A DNA stretch of 64,000 nucleotides from positions 96,001 to 160,000 of the forward strand of contig JBKAGE010000035.1 of NCBI GenBank assembly GCA_046290225.1, written 5' to 3'. This DNA is from Bradymonadia bacterium. Its GTDB lineage: Bacteria > Myxococcota_A > Bradymonadia > UBA7976 > UBA1532. This document shows positions 43,901 through 51,104 of this stretch, in pieces. The notes under the pieces are model-generated. The model was not told where the DNA came from and did not search any database. It saw only the letters and a list, made by a program, of their open reading frames with translations. Both the position numbers and the translations under genes were made by a program. The first letter of the stretch is position 1; every line of letters begins with the position of its first letter.

Positions 43901-46846
43901 CGCGCGCCCTTCGATGCGCACGTCGACCCAACCGCCTTCTTCACCGCCCCGAGGCAGGCCGACGACGCCCGTGATGTCACCGTGGGTCACCTCTACCTGG
44001 GCCACGACCTCGCCGAGCCCGAGCGCTGTGGGGATGACGGGCTGGGCCATGAAACGCACTCGGCGGGCGCGGGCCTCGATCCATGGCTGAGCATCCACCA
44101 GCGCATGGGGCTGCACGACTTTCTCGAGCCAGCTCCAGGCATCACCGATCACTGGCACCCTCGCGCCCTCGAGCTCTGGTCCCGACTGAGCTCGACGCAA
44201 GGCGTAGAGCCGCCGACCGTTGGCCGCAGCCTCTGCCCGGGCCTCGTCGACGGTCATGGGCACGAGCGGGCCCCGCACGGAGGCTCGATGCATCAACGGG
44301 ATCGACCTCAGGGCCTCGATCAAGGGCCTCAGCGTGCCCTCGCGGGTCTGGGGCAGCCAGCGGTTGTCGAGGGCCGCCGCCAGGACGCCCCGCATTCGAG
44401 CGAGCACATCCCGCGGAGGCAGTGCATCGGCGCTCAGGGCCTGGACCTGCTCGATCACCAGCTGGGTCACCCCCTCGCTGACGAGCTCCAGCGCCTGCGT
44501 GCAGGCCCCGTCGTGCACGATGCCCGACCAGTCGGGGGTGGGCTTGAAAGCCGTGCAATCTACGGTGGCCACGAAGGGCCCCAGCTGCCGTAGGGCGGTG
44601 CTCACCTCGATGGGCGTCTCTGCCAGTAACCGATCGTGCCGCAGCCAGCGCACCACCATGGGTGTGTGTACCGTCTGTCTGCCCGTCCAGAACCACCCCG
44701 ACTTCTGAGGCTCGAGGCGGGCCACCTCACCCTCGAGGGGCATGTCGTTGATCCAGCCAGAGAGGGCGTGCCGCTGCACCGCGTCAGGCGCTTGAATGGC
44801 CGTGACGGGCTTTCTCAGGTGGCTGTCGGCCCACCAGCTGCGGGTGTAGTCTTCAGTGATCTCTGCCCGGGCTTTTCGGCCGAAGACCTGGGTGACCACC
44901 CGCTTCTCTCGCAGATCAAGGCGCACAGCCCGGGGGGGCACCTCACCGGATTTCCCCCAAAAGGGCGCACCGGCGTCGACCCAGGTGATCGGCCCCTCCT
45001 CGCGCCACGCCTGCAGATCGACCAACCGGACCGGCTGCTCGCGCAGGTCGCGAAAGAGCGGGCACCGCATCAGCGCCGTGTCACTGCCCATCACCTGGGC
45101 AGCGGGGCCCTCTTCACCACCCTTGGCCTTCAGCCCCAAGGCCGCCTGGACGAGGCCCTGCCAGCCCTGGTTCGCGCTCAGATAGCGCAAGAGCACATCT
45201 CGCACCGCGTCGTCTGTGGGCCGCTCGATCAGCTGCTCGGCGAGGCGCAGCATCAGCCGCTCCAGCGCCTCGTGGAGCGCCTCGGCAGCCGTCTCCAGCG
45301 CCTCGTCGATCTTCACACCCTCGTAGGTCTCATCGGGGGTGAGATCACCCTGCAGCACCGCCACCAGCCCGGGGATCTCCGAGGGCAAGGTCCGCTCACC
45401 GAGCAGGCAGCCATCGACGATGAGCTTGACGCTGATCCAATCGTCTTCGTTGCCGCGGATGCCGAGCTCGCCCACGAAGCCCTTCCAATCGATGGGCACC
45501 TTGGCCAAACACCACAGCGATCCCAGATCAGGCTGCGCCGTGCGCAACCGCCACGCCTGGCGGTGCCTGGCCCGCACCGCCTCTGCCTCGAGGGCCTCGG
45601 TGACGTCGACCAGCTTGAGGTCGGTGACGCCATGGCTCCTCGCAAAGCCCCACAGCGCCGCTCTGCGCTGATCGTCGAGCACGATCACCCAGGGCTGCTC
45701 GGGCATAGGCACAGTGGGGCCCTCGGTGTGGGTGTAGGGCACCTCGTCGCCTGCCTGGATCCACATCAGCAGAGCCCGAGTGGGGATGGGCTCGCCCAGG
45801 TTGGACAACCACAGGTCGCAGTCGAGCACGGCCCTGGCCACGCCCACCAGCTCGCCACCGAGAGCGTCGAACAGGCGATTGCGCAGCCAGTCGGGGATGA
45901 ACCGCTGTCCGCCCTCTTTCTCCACGAGCATGCGCCACAGCTTTGGCGCCACACCCTTGAGGCCGCGGACGACGTCCCACCACGCAGTGTCCATGACGAT
46001 GTTGCGCTGAGAGACGTCTTTGGTCAGAGCGCCGCTCTGCACAGTGGCCAGGAACCCAGGGGGCAAACCCTCGTCTTCGAGGGTGTGCGTGGTGATCCAG
46101 ACGCCGTCTTTGACGAGGTGCACCGCAGGCGGCTCTTGATTCGCCCGCAGGGCTGCCACCCCCTCATAGTCATTGCCTTTCACCTCGGCAGTGACCTCCC
46201 CCCCGGTCACGAAGAGGCCCCGGGAGACGGTCTTACCGTTCACCACCACCTCGCACTGGGCGTAGCGGCACTTCGTGGTGAGGATCTCCACCTCCCGCAG
46301 GGTGCCCACCATCCACCGGAACACCTCGCTCGCGCTCACGCTGCTCAGAGGCTCTTTCAGGTGAACGTGCGTGCCCGTGGGGGCTGGGTGCAGATCTTTG
46401 AAGCTGTCTCGATCGGCCTCGGCCATTTCGAGCATGGCGCCGGTCTCGCCGTCGCCGCTGGTGACCTTGACGAACTGCGGCGTGAGGGCGGTGGCGGCGT
46501 TGAGGCCGATGGCCAGGGCCTGCCGCGCCTTGAACACTTGCTTCGGCGCCCCACCGTCTTCGCCGAGCAAGGCCTCGTACAGCCTGTCGAAGTCTTCGAG
46601 GGTGAAGGGATCACCGTCAAAGCGCAGATGCATGTCGTCGGTGTCGATCTTGAACTCAAGGCGGCTGGCCCCTTTGAGCACGGCGGCTTCGACGAGCAGC
46701 AACATGTAGTGCAGCGGCTCGGCGAGCTGGAACTTCTGCATCTTCGACCGGGCTTTGTCGCGGTCGAGGGTGAAGCGCCCCTTGGAGTCGATGCGGCCCT
46801 CTGCCTTGAGGGCCTCGATCATGTCGTCGAGGCCGCCTTTGCTCAT
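37970..46846 (-). CDS. Giant ~2,958-aa protein: degenerate GHKL/Hsp90-like N-terminus followed by tandem repeats resembling the Hsp90 middle domain
   Basis: 8.9-kb uninterrupted ORF; N-terminal FTLD..KA..KM.KFQL, FDG, AIG, GT; about 10-11 internal modules; C-terminal INPDHAL. Confidence 0.75.
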   Translation of the reverse strand: MSKGGLDDMIEALKAEGRIDSKGRFTLDRDKARSKMQKFQLAEPLHYMLLLVEAAVLKGASRLEFKIDTDDMHLRFDGDPFTLEDFDRLYEALLGEDGGAPKQVFKARQALAIGLNAATALTPQFVKVTSGDGETGAMLEMAEADRDSFKDLHPAPTGTHVHLKEPLSSVSASEVFRWMVGTLREVEILTTKCRYAQCEVVVNGKTVSRGLFVTGGEVTAEVKGNDYEGVAALRANQEPPAVHLVKDGVWITTHTLEDEGLPPGFLATVQSGALTKDVSQRNIVMDTAWWDVVRGLKGVAPKLWRMLVEKEGGQRFIPDWLRNRLFDALGGELVGVARAVLDCDLWLSNLGEPIPTRALLMWIQAGDEVPYTHTEGPTVPMPEQPWVIVLDDQRRAALWGFARSHGVTDLKLVDVTEALEAEAVRARHRQAWRLRTAQPDLGSLWCLAKVPIDWKGFVGELGIRGNEDDWISVKLIVDGCLLGERTLPSEIPGLVAVLQGDLTPDETYEGVKIDEALETAAEALHEALERLMLRLAEQLIERPTDDAVRDVLLRYLSANQGWQGLVQAALGLKAKGGEEGPAAQVMGSDTALMRCPLFRDLREQPVRLVDLQAWREEGPITWVDAGAPFWGKSGEVPPRAVRLDLREKRVVTQVFGRKARAEITEDYTRSWWADSHLRKPVTAIQAPDAVQRHALSGWINDMPLEGEVARLEPQKSGWFWTGRQTVHTPMVVRWLRHDRLLAETPIEVSTALRQLGPFVATVDCTAFKPTPDWSGIVHDGACTQALELVSEGVTQLVIEQVQALSADALPPRDVLARMRGVLAAALDNRWLPQTREGTLRPLIEALRSIPLMHRASVRGPLVPMTVDEARAEAAANGRRLYALRRAQSGPELEGARVPVIGDAWSWLEKVVQPHALVDAQPWIEARARRVRFMAQPVIPTALGLGEVVAQVEVTHGDITGVVGLPRGGEEGGWVDVRIEGRALCRLTYHDLKHRVARLQVPEDMADAELTTIARDTGRRKIHQAVIRATDALMARLAEAVDDVREPHPHFLPRVYEALQRTGKRHGALLRTPCFRDLTGKWWSISALRDHLDGERPKAVMGDIELPDPVLRPSDLSVWLHDRVVLRLDVESRDALRAGLAPPTLVENEVKAAVVAHGRQRHTARQPEVPEAALAVERLSWPGGEGWVALVPEGALPQGTSAFKVDRVAVCKHGHVVDHVQLHPHLPCMAVATGAGVDVDASWRHAGLSDDLERRFVNAAMKLYGALIGEYGEAPEDRRQRIGRLLIDWVSTSPEAPAVPSLPREAAEAWRRVTSELHLVDHPHFPTLQKAVDAGASFQQAVDWSERVRLWRLRNTTTALALRGEGEQWAMAPVSVSWPTGQAVLGVSQRAIDVHSVPRPGGAMKVDVFWQSRHLTQRGETSPLGPFHVALVDERLMSTLSLDDIVTGSDYDAVIEQVLGAVPALVEAVIERGALRSDRYWLMAALRAYVPDPALIRALSWLVEEVDDDQSETTLDSALITYAALVRAVEGDPEHLPLIMRKRSAQGMRDALESIGEIALWPLLPEAEVGPPRPLMALLSAPLFTVAGPPESDAPTGQREPLCSLLHVIRSWSPKSKLYISEAVRCEFEPERLVLVPGKSERELLQRLFGAESFEDATDWLKQARRQWALSARPVAEVALAPGDALVTLDIGDGNRTGVGMDGIVGLSSRFQLGVNDAPDPEGLRVYREKRPLGHAPAPDPGLVAAIDDVRLTLNDDLDGVAEGPALERVLRRCKRARADLIKALVVRWPELDPAYRKVALHHVLYTLARQGSHRALQTEAGVAMADVPCLPTVNGPTISLKEAARSRAREGALLYMPHGAPEGESPVDPERRVLWVESDAEQEALRRIFGALQDYSERWALDQKAHQRRASLEPLTIPEDDAVLVKLALTDPEDGLEGAVYLHRQQAHDPRRLTLGGDGLAVATIEAFGRYPVSATLWGRRVEVDESWQSAALGDGGRRAVELAGHRLYTLLAEAYPQWLAEDDPRATPARRVLLELALVFREAQKRNQLDRAARRLYANTLEKLPLLWPHGDSRATLTSASALSSAEVRRQCDQAEIFFGKWPRDPYLSDEMWVQVQIEGRRSGVLGAPVRDLGSIEQLWAWRNRRPLDHLRSDHVIGPVAAAINDDTLIPDLHWSAVERGMDGLRREAWHALAHLVPEVVSKLVGARSRGQRVPGGPWALVCRATGFLAPEPVYLRWAAARHQAAPERLVEEWARMMRITRRHGPKAVAEAIESRLAGGGELDPTSVAAVARDAGSRQRSDLETPGDDGAGEVPPAALAFIEALALRPIWPSQQGPVHLMALCAPLTAGSPVLYADSAGAEHLEQPVIALGEMSASLLREVFGEALLGAGAWARRQAALSRFEARPQVDVAPPPERVLVEVPIDISEDQGGPVTGAVALTTPHPRHTDVQLMVHTRGRHVETIQTHTVAHGRALVGALDHPGLKLDEQLAIRRDDPALTAMVEALVDSPKALMKAVLEAWAGFSEAERQEAGLHVLDHLALESANALKARKGLLKSLRELPILPQVDGTLASLEAIAGAAERAGKVRFLPSMPEIEAPVEADLHVLIADFHVRKRLEKFFGAFQDYTEHHHRLARRHAARTKAPPLPERPEQTLGHTLVDNRGLRGEIWLPLDAEHPAVDFGEEGRALARTSMSVPIAGSIEGPAINIEQGTPLLTRDQSIYLERQGADLYRDLAEALQNDSLERAAKQEARGLLRHLVTVLRQQERREGSAMGRIERALLEDLYDVPVYAVEGGAFISVLTALNERPHSLVHLALWHEEAPAKASQASEPVAASQPEDPEIRVLEAIRQTLKRVRGGNAELLANLHLDRLKMQAYPLRRNAPVVTASGEGCAINPDHALLQPLMKAVRAEQAIAPRELALVASMIYTALNHWHDEITDADEVEFHRRLAVDLLER

Positions 46847-48199
46847 CGCCGACGCTCTTCCTCCCCGCCTTGAAAGTCGGGGTCTCCCACGCCGTCCCAA
46901 GTGGTTGATGGATACACTCTATACAGAGAACAAATGAGCAGATAAGTTGAGTAGATGGACATCAAGCGGGCATACCGATTCAGGTTCTACCCGAGCGAAG
47001 AGCAGGCGAAACAGCTTGCCCAGACGTTCGGGTGTGTACGCTTCGTTTACAACTGGGCGCTGAGGTTGCGCAGTGACGCTTGGAAGCAACGCCAAGAGAG
47101 CATCAGCTACGGCCAGTCCTCCGCAGCCCTCACGGCCCTCAAGAAGACCCCAGAGCATGCGTGGCTCAAAGACGTGAGCAGCGTACCTTTGCAGCAAACG
47201 CTTCGCCACCTCAACACAGCGTTTGGCAACTTCTTCGCCAAGCGCGGACGCTACCCGAGGTTCAAGCGCAAGCATGGGTCACAATCAGCGGAGTACACCC
47301 CCAGCGCCTTCAAGTGGGATGGCCAAACCCTCAAGCTGGCTAAGATGAAGCGCCCTCTCGATGTCCGGTGGTCGCGTCAAGTGCCCAAGGGCGCTCGGGT
47401 AACCACGGTGACCGTCTCCAGAGACGCCGCGGGGCGCTATTTCGTGTCCATGCTCGTCGACGACGCCGTAGCACCCTTGCCCAAGGTAAAGGGTCAAGTG
47501 GGCATCGACCTGGGGCTGACACATTTCGCCACATTGTCCACCGGCGAGAAGGTGGCTCCTGCCAACGTCCTGAGAAAACAAGAGAAGAAGCTGGCTCGAC
47601 TGCAGCGACAGATGGCCAGAAAGAAGAAGGGCTCGAGCAACAGAGTGAAAGCCCGCATCAAGATTGCCCGTTTGCATGCCCGCATCGCAGACACACGCAG
47701 GAACTTCCTGCATCAACTCTCCACTCGGCTCGTGCGCGAGAACCAAGTGATTGCCGTGGAGAGCTTGTCCGTGAGCAACATGCTGCGTAACCACTGCCTC
47801 GCCAAATCCATCACCGACGCCAGTTGGTCGGAATTCTTGAGACAGCTTCAATACAAATGCCTGTGGTATGGGCGCACTCTTGTTACCGTCGACCGCTGGT
47901 TTCCGTCCAGCAAGCGATGCTCAAGGTGCGGCTACACCCACACGAAAATGCCGCTCCATGTACGTTCTTGGCAGTGCCCTGAGTGCGGCATCACCCATGA
48001 CCGCGACATCAACGCGGCACGCAACCTTTTGGCCGCCGGGCTGGCGGTTTCTGCCTGTGGAGAGCTTGTAAGACCCACCTGCGCTTCGGCGCAGTTAAGG
48101 CCTTGGCCTTAGGCTTCTGTCGGGCGCGGCTTGTTGAAGCAGGAAGCTCCCCGAAGTGATTCGGGGAATCCCCTTCCTTTAAGTCGGGGAGGATGTCAA
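46847..48199 (+). mobile_element. TnpB-only IS200/IS605-family (IS1341-like) element
   Basis: Follows TCAT (46843-46846); subterminal hairpins at 46863-46882 and 48170-48189; ends GGGGAGGATGTCAA; no tnpA present. Confidence 0.8.
46955..48112 (+). CDS. tnpB: RNA-guided endonuclease TnpB
   Basis: RAYRFRFYP, FGCVRFVYN, RuvC residues in GIDLG, AVESL and HDRDINAA, zinc finger CSRC...CPEC. Confidence 0.95.
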   Translation: MDIKRAYRFRFYPSEEQAKQLAQTFGCVRFVYNWALRLRSDAWKQRQESISYGQSSAALTALKKTPEHAWLKDVSSVPLQQTLRHLNTAFGNFFAKRGRYPRFKRKHGSQSAEYTPSAFKWDGQTLKLAKMKRPLDVRWSRQVPKGARVTTVTVSRDAAGRYFVSMLVDDAVAPLPKVKGQVGIDLGLTHFATLSTGEKVAPANVLRKQEKKLARLQRQMARKKKGSSNRVKARIKIARLHARIADTRRNFLHQLSTRLVRENQVIAVESLSVSNMLRNHCLAKSITDASWSEFLRQLQYKCLWYGRTLVTVDRWFPSSKRCSRCGYTHTKMPLHVRSWQCPECGITHDRDINAARNLLAAGLAVSACGELVRPTCASAQLRPWP

Positions 48200-48219
48200 C
48201 GCCAATCTACCCAGATCTT
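48033..48219 (+). ncRNA. Predicted TnpB omega/reRNA scaffold plus flanking guide (cgccaatctacccagatctt)
   Basis: GCCTGTGGAG...GAAGCAGGAA...GGAATCCCC...GGGGAGGATGTCAA overlapping the tnpB 3' end; 5' boundary approximate. Confidence 0.7.
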
Positions 48220-51024
48220 CACCTGAGCCTCGTCGGGGGCGTGCTTGCCGGGCTCGGCGAGTTCGATGCTGAGCCCCTCGGGGGGCACCTTCACCCCACC
48301 AAAGTAGAGCTTGGGGTTGGCCCACCGTTCCGAGGTGCGATCGTCGAAGCGCTTCACCGCAGGGGCGGGGCGCTTCTCCGTGGGCACCAGCGACTTGCCA
48401 TCGACTCGGTAGAAGACGAGGGCATCCTCGAAGGGCTTGAGGCTGAAGGGAGCGTCGAGGGTGTGCATGTACCGCAGGGTGCGATCGCGCATGCGATAGA
48501 AGATGCTGGGCTCGGTGGGCTTGCCCGGCCCGGCCTTGGGCTTCTTGACGCGGTAGTCGTACAGCTCGCTGGCGCCCCAGTACCGCTCACGGGCTGCGCC
48601 GGGCAGCATCTCGTTGATGATGCGGTAGCTGTACATGAGGCCCCGGCCTTCGTAGGTGATGTCCTGCACCGGAGCCTTGGGCCGATGGCACTCGGCCTTC
48701 AGCTCGGCCTCCGGCAGCCCCACGGGGTACCAGCCCATGTCCCGCACGAAGCAAACGGTCTTGTAGAAGGCCGACTTCATCGCCTCTTGAGCGCTCTCGG
48801 ACTTCAGCTCGTAGCGGGTGTCGAAGGCCTTGTCGTCGCCCTGGAACCACGTGTCGAGGCCCGGCAACTTGATCTCGTTGGGGTTGGCGTCGACGGCGAG
48901 CAGGAACCCCTTGCCCTGACCGTTCGTCGCCGGATCGTTCTCGCTCCAGGCGTAGGCGCCGTCGTAGTACCAGAGCACCACACCCGGGCGGGGCCGCGAG
49001 CGCACCGCCGCCATGGCCTGGGCCTTCGGATCGAAGAAGAACTTCACCCCAGGGCGGGCGAGGCCGGCGTCGTAGCGGTAGTGATCCTTGGCCTCAGCGT
49101 AGGGATCTCGATGCTCCACGAGGTAATAGTGGGGCACCAGCAGGGTGTGCTTGCCGGGGCTGCGGGTGAAGCCGTCGAGGCGCCACTCCGCCGCCGCTCG
49201 GGCCTCGAAGTCGTCGGTGAACATCGCGGCGCCGTCGGCCTTCACAGTGACGTTGTCGATGAGCATGCCCCGCATGACCGCCGCCATGTCGGTGAAGTAA
49301 CGCAGCCGGAACAGCGCCTCTTTGCCCTTGGCCGCGCCGAGATCGAAGCTGACGTTCACCCAGGTGGGCGCCAGGCAGGGGTTCTCCTGCTCGGCGCTTC
49401 GATCTTCCCCGTGAGCCAGCTTCTTCTTGGGATCGCACGCCTTGGCGCTCTCGTTCTTGCCGTCGCCGTCGAGATCACCCGAGAGCCCGGTGAAGCCCGG
49501 CAGGCTCTGCTTGCCGTCGTGGCCGTGCTTGGCGGGCATCATGGCCTTGTCGGTGGGCAGCACCCGGGTCCACGACCGGCCCCCGTCGGTGCTCAGCTCG
49601 GCATAGACGAAGTCCCAGCCCCCCTCGACCTCCCACCAGGCGTCGAAGCTGAGCGTGGCGCTCTTCTTGGCCTCGCGCAGATCGAGGGGCAGGGTGGCGG
49701 TGCGGTTCATCCCGTTGCCCTGGCCGCTGTAGAGGGCCATCTTCCCCTGCTTCTCTGCGAGCTCGGTGAGATCGAGCTTCAGAGTCTTCGGGGGCAGGAT
49801 GATCATGCCCGCCCGCCACAGCCCGGCCTTCTGATTGGCCCGAGCCACCGAAGCGGGGTCGAGAGGATCGTCGAGGGTGCGCAGATAGAATGAAGAGGTG
49901 GGCTTCCCCCCGAAGGCCGGAGGCGTGACGATGATCGGTCGCAGCCACCCGAGCATGATCCGAGACCACGCCGACAGGTTCTGGGGGCTGGGGCTGGCGG
50001 TGCTGCTCATGACCTCCCAGCCACCCGTGGAGTTGCTGCTGCTCCGGGCGTAGATGTCGGGCAGCCCGATGCTGTGACCGAACTCGTGGATGAAGGTGGC
50101 GGCCTCGGTGTACTCGGACTGCATGTTGTAATCGAGAGACCACAGCCCGTTGCCCATGGGCACCCCGCCCCGGGCGTGGGTGCGCCCTTCCACCACGGGG
50201 CCCTGACCCTCGCGCCGCTGGATGGCGAACCGGTGAGGCCACAACCGCTCGGCGCACTCCCGGGCCTCGGGGCTCAGGGTGTCGATGACGTCGGGGGCGG
50301 CGTTGGGGGTGAAGACGGTGTGCAGCTTGTAGAGCCCCTGGCACGAGGACTGACCGCCGCCGGCGTAGATGAGCACGAGGTGATCGAGGTAGCCGTCGGG
50401 CTCGTCGAGCACGCCATCACCGTCGAAGTCGTTGGGATCCCACCGATCATAGGCATCCCAGTCGAGGTTGCCGTGCTGCTTCACCGCAGCCTTGAGGGCC
50501 TCCTCCACGAGCCCCTCGGTCTCGCTGTCATTGCGCCATGAGCCGCCGGCAGGGCGCTTGGGGGCCCCATAGGCAGCCCGAGGCCGCTCGAGCTTCACAG
50601 GAGGCAGCACCTGACCCTGCAGGTGGTAGGTGTTCAGGCTCTGCTGTCGATAGTAGTGGCTCAGCGTGTTGGGCTTGGCGTAGCCCTCGTCGAAGAGCAG
50701 ATCCTCGTAGTAGGCGGTGAGCTTCAGGCCCTGGTTCTTGCTCTCCTTGAACCGCTCAAAGCCTCGATCCTGGAACTCCACGAGCACCACGAGCAGGTTG
50801 TGGGGCTTCTTCTTGCTGGCCCGCACCGGGGGGATGTGATCCCACCGCAGCTGCGGGTTGCCGAGCCGATCGAAGCGCATGGCGGCGAGATCTTGCACCA
50901 TGCGGGCTCTGGCCCCAGAGAGACCCTCTTCACCGATGGGGCCGTCTCCACCCGGGCCGATGGCGCCGGCGGGGGTCATGGTGAGCAGCAACAGGGCGGT
51001 ACACGCGCTGACGATGTGTCGCAT
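48196..51024 (-). CDS. Secreted M6 family (immune inhibitor A-like) metalloprotease
   Basis: Signal peptide; LVVLVEF, EPDGYLDH, HEFGHSIGLPDIY, WEVMS, FRLRYFTD; start set at MRHIVSAC. Confidence 0.9.
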   Translation of the reverse strand: MRHIVSACTALLLLTMTPAGAIGPGGDGPIGEEGLSGARARMVQDLAAMRFDRLGNPQLRWDHIPPVRASKKKPHNLLVVLVEFQDRGFERFKESKNQGLKLTAYYEDLLFDEGYAKPNTLSHYYRQQSLNTYHLQGQVLPPVKLERPRAAYGAPKRPAGGSWRNDSETEGLVEEALKAAVKQHGNLDWDAYDRWDPNDFDGDGVLDEPDGYLDHLVLIYAGGGQSSCQGLYKLHTVFTPNAAPDVIDTLSPEARECAERLWPHRFAIQRREGQGPVVEGRTHARGGVPMGNGLWSLDYNMQSEYTEAATFIHEFGHSIGLPDIYARSSSNSTGGWEVMSSTASPSPQNLSAWSRIMLGWLRPIIVTPPAFGGKPTSSFYLRTLDDPLDPASVARANQKAGLWRAGMIILPPKTLKLDLTELAEKQGKMALYSGQGNGMNRTATLPLDLREAKKSATLSFDAWWEVEGGWDFVYAELSTDGGRSWTRVLPTDKAMMPAKHGHDGKQSLPGFTGLSGDLDGDGKNESAKACDPKKKLAHGEDRSAEQENPCLAPTWVNVSFDLGAAKGKEALFRLRYFTDMAAVMRGMLIDNVTVKADGAAMFTDDFEARAAAEWRLDGFTRSPGKHTLLVPHYYLVEHRDPYAEAKDHYRYDAGLARPGVKFFFDPKAQAMAAVRSRPRPGVVLWYYDGAYAWSENDPATNGQGKGFLLAVDANPNEIKLPGLDTWFQGDDKAFDTRYELKSESAQEAMKSAFYKTVCFVRDMGWYPVGLPEAELKAECHRPKAPVQDITYEGRGLMYSYRIINEMLPGAARERYWGASELYDYRVKKPKAGPGKPTEPSIFYRMRDRTLRYMHTLDAPFSLKPFEDALVFYRVDGKSLVPTEKRPAPAVKRFDDRTSERWANPKLYFGGVKVPPEGLSIELAEPGKHAPDEAQVKIWVDWR

Positions 51025-51104
51025 GGAGACTCCACGGTGATCGGGCCAGATGATCAGGACCGTGTCGTCATAGCTGATTTTCGGTGGAGTGTCGTGGTGA
51101 CGCG

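Noticed and set aside
37952..46873. Long plus-strand ORFs (755, 730 and 745 aa) and similar ones at 1244-3076, 16565-18379, 35449-37068 and 48193-49893
   Set aside because: Shadow frames of real genes in GC-rich DNA, with no motifs of their own
46905..46909. TTGAT as an ISDra2-type TAM and left boundary of the tnpB element
   Set aside because: It would leave the subterminal hairpin outside the element and would not restore the protease stop codon, whereas the TCAT boundary restores an ATGA overlap
46847..48203. cgcc at both junctions as a target-site duplication
   Set aside because: IS200/IS605 elements do not make duplications; treated as microhomology that blurs the boundary by up to 4 bp
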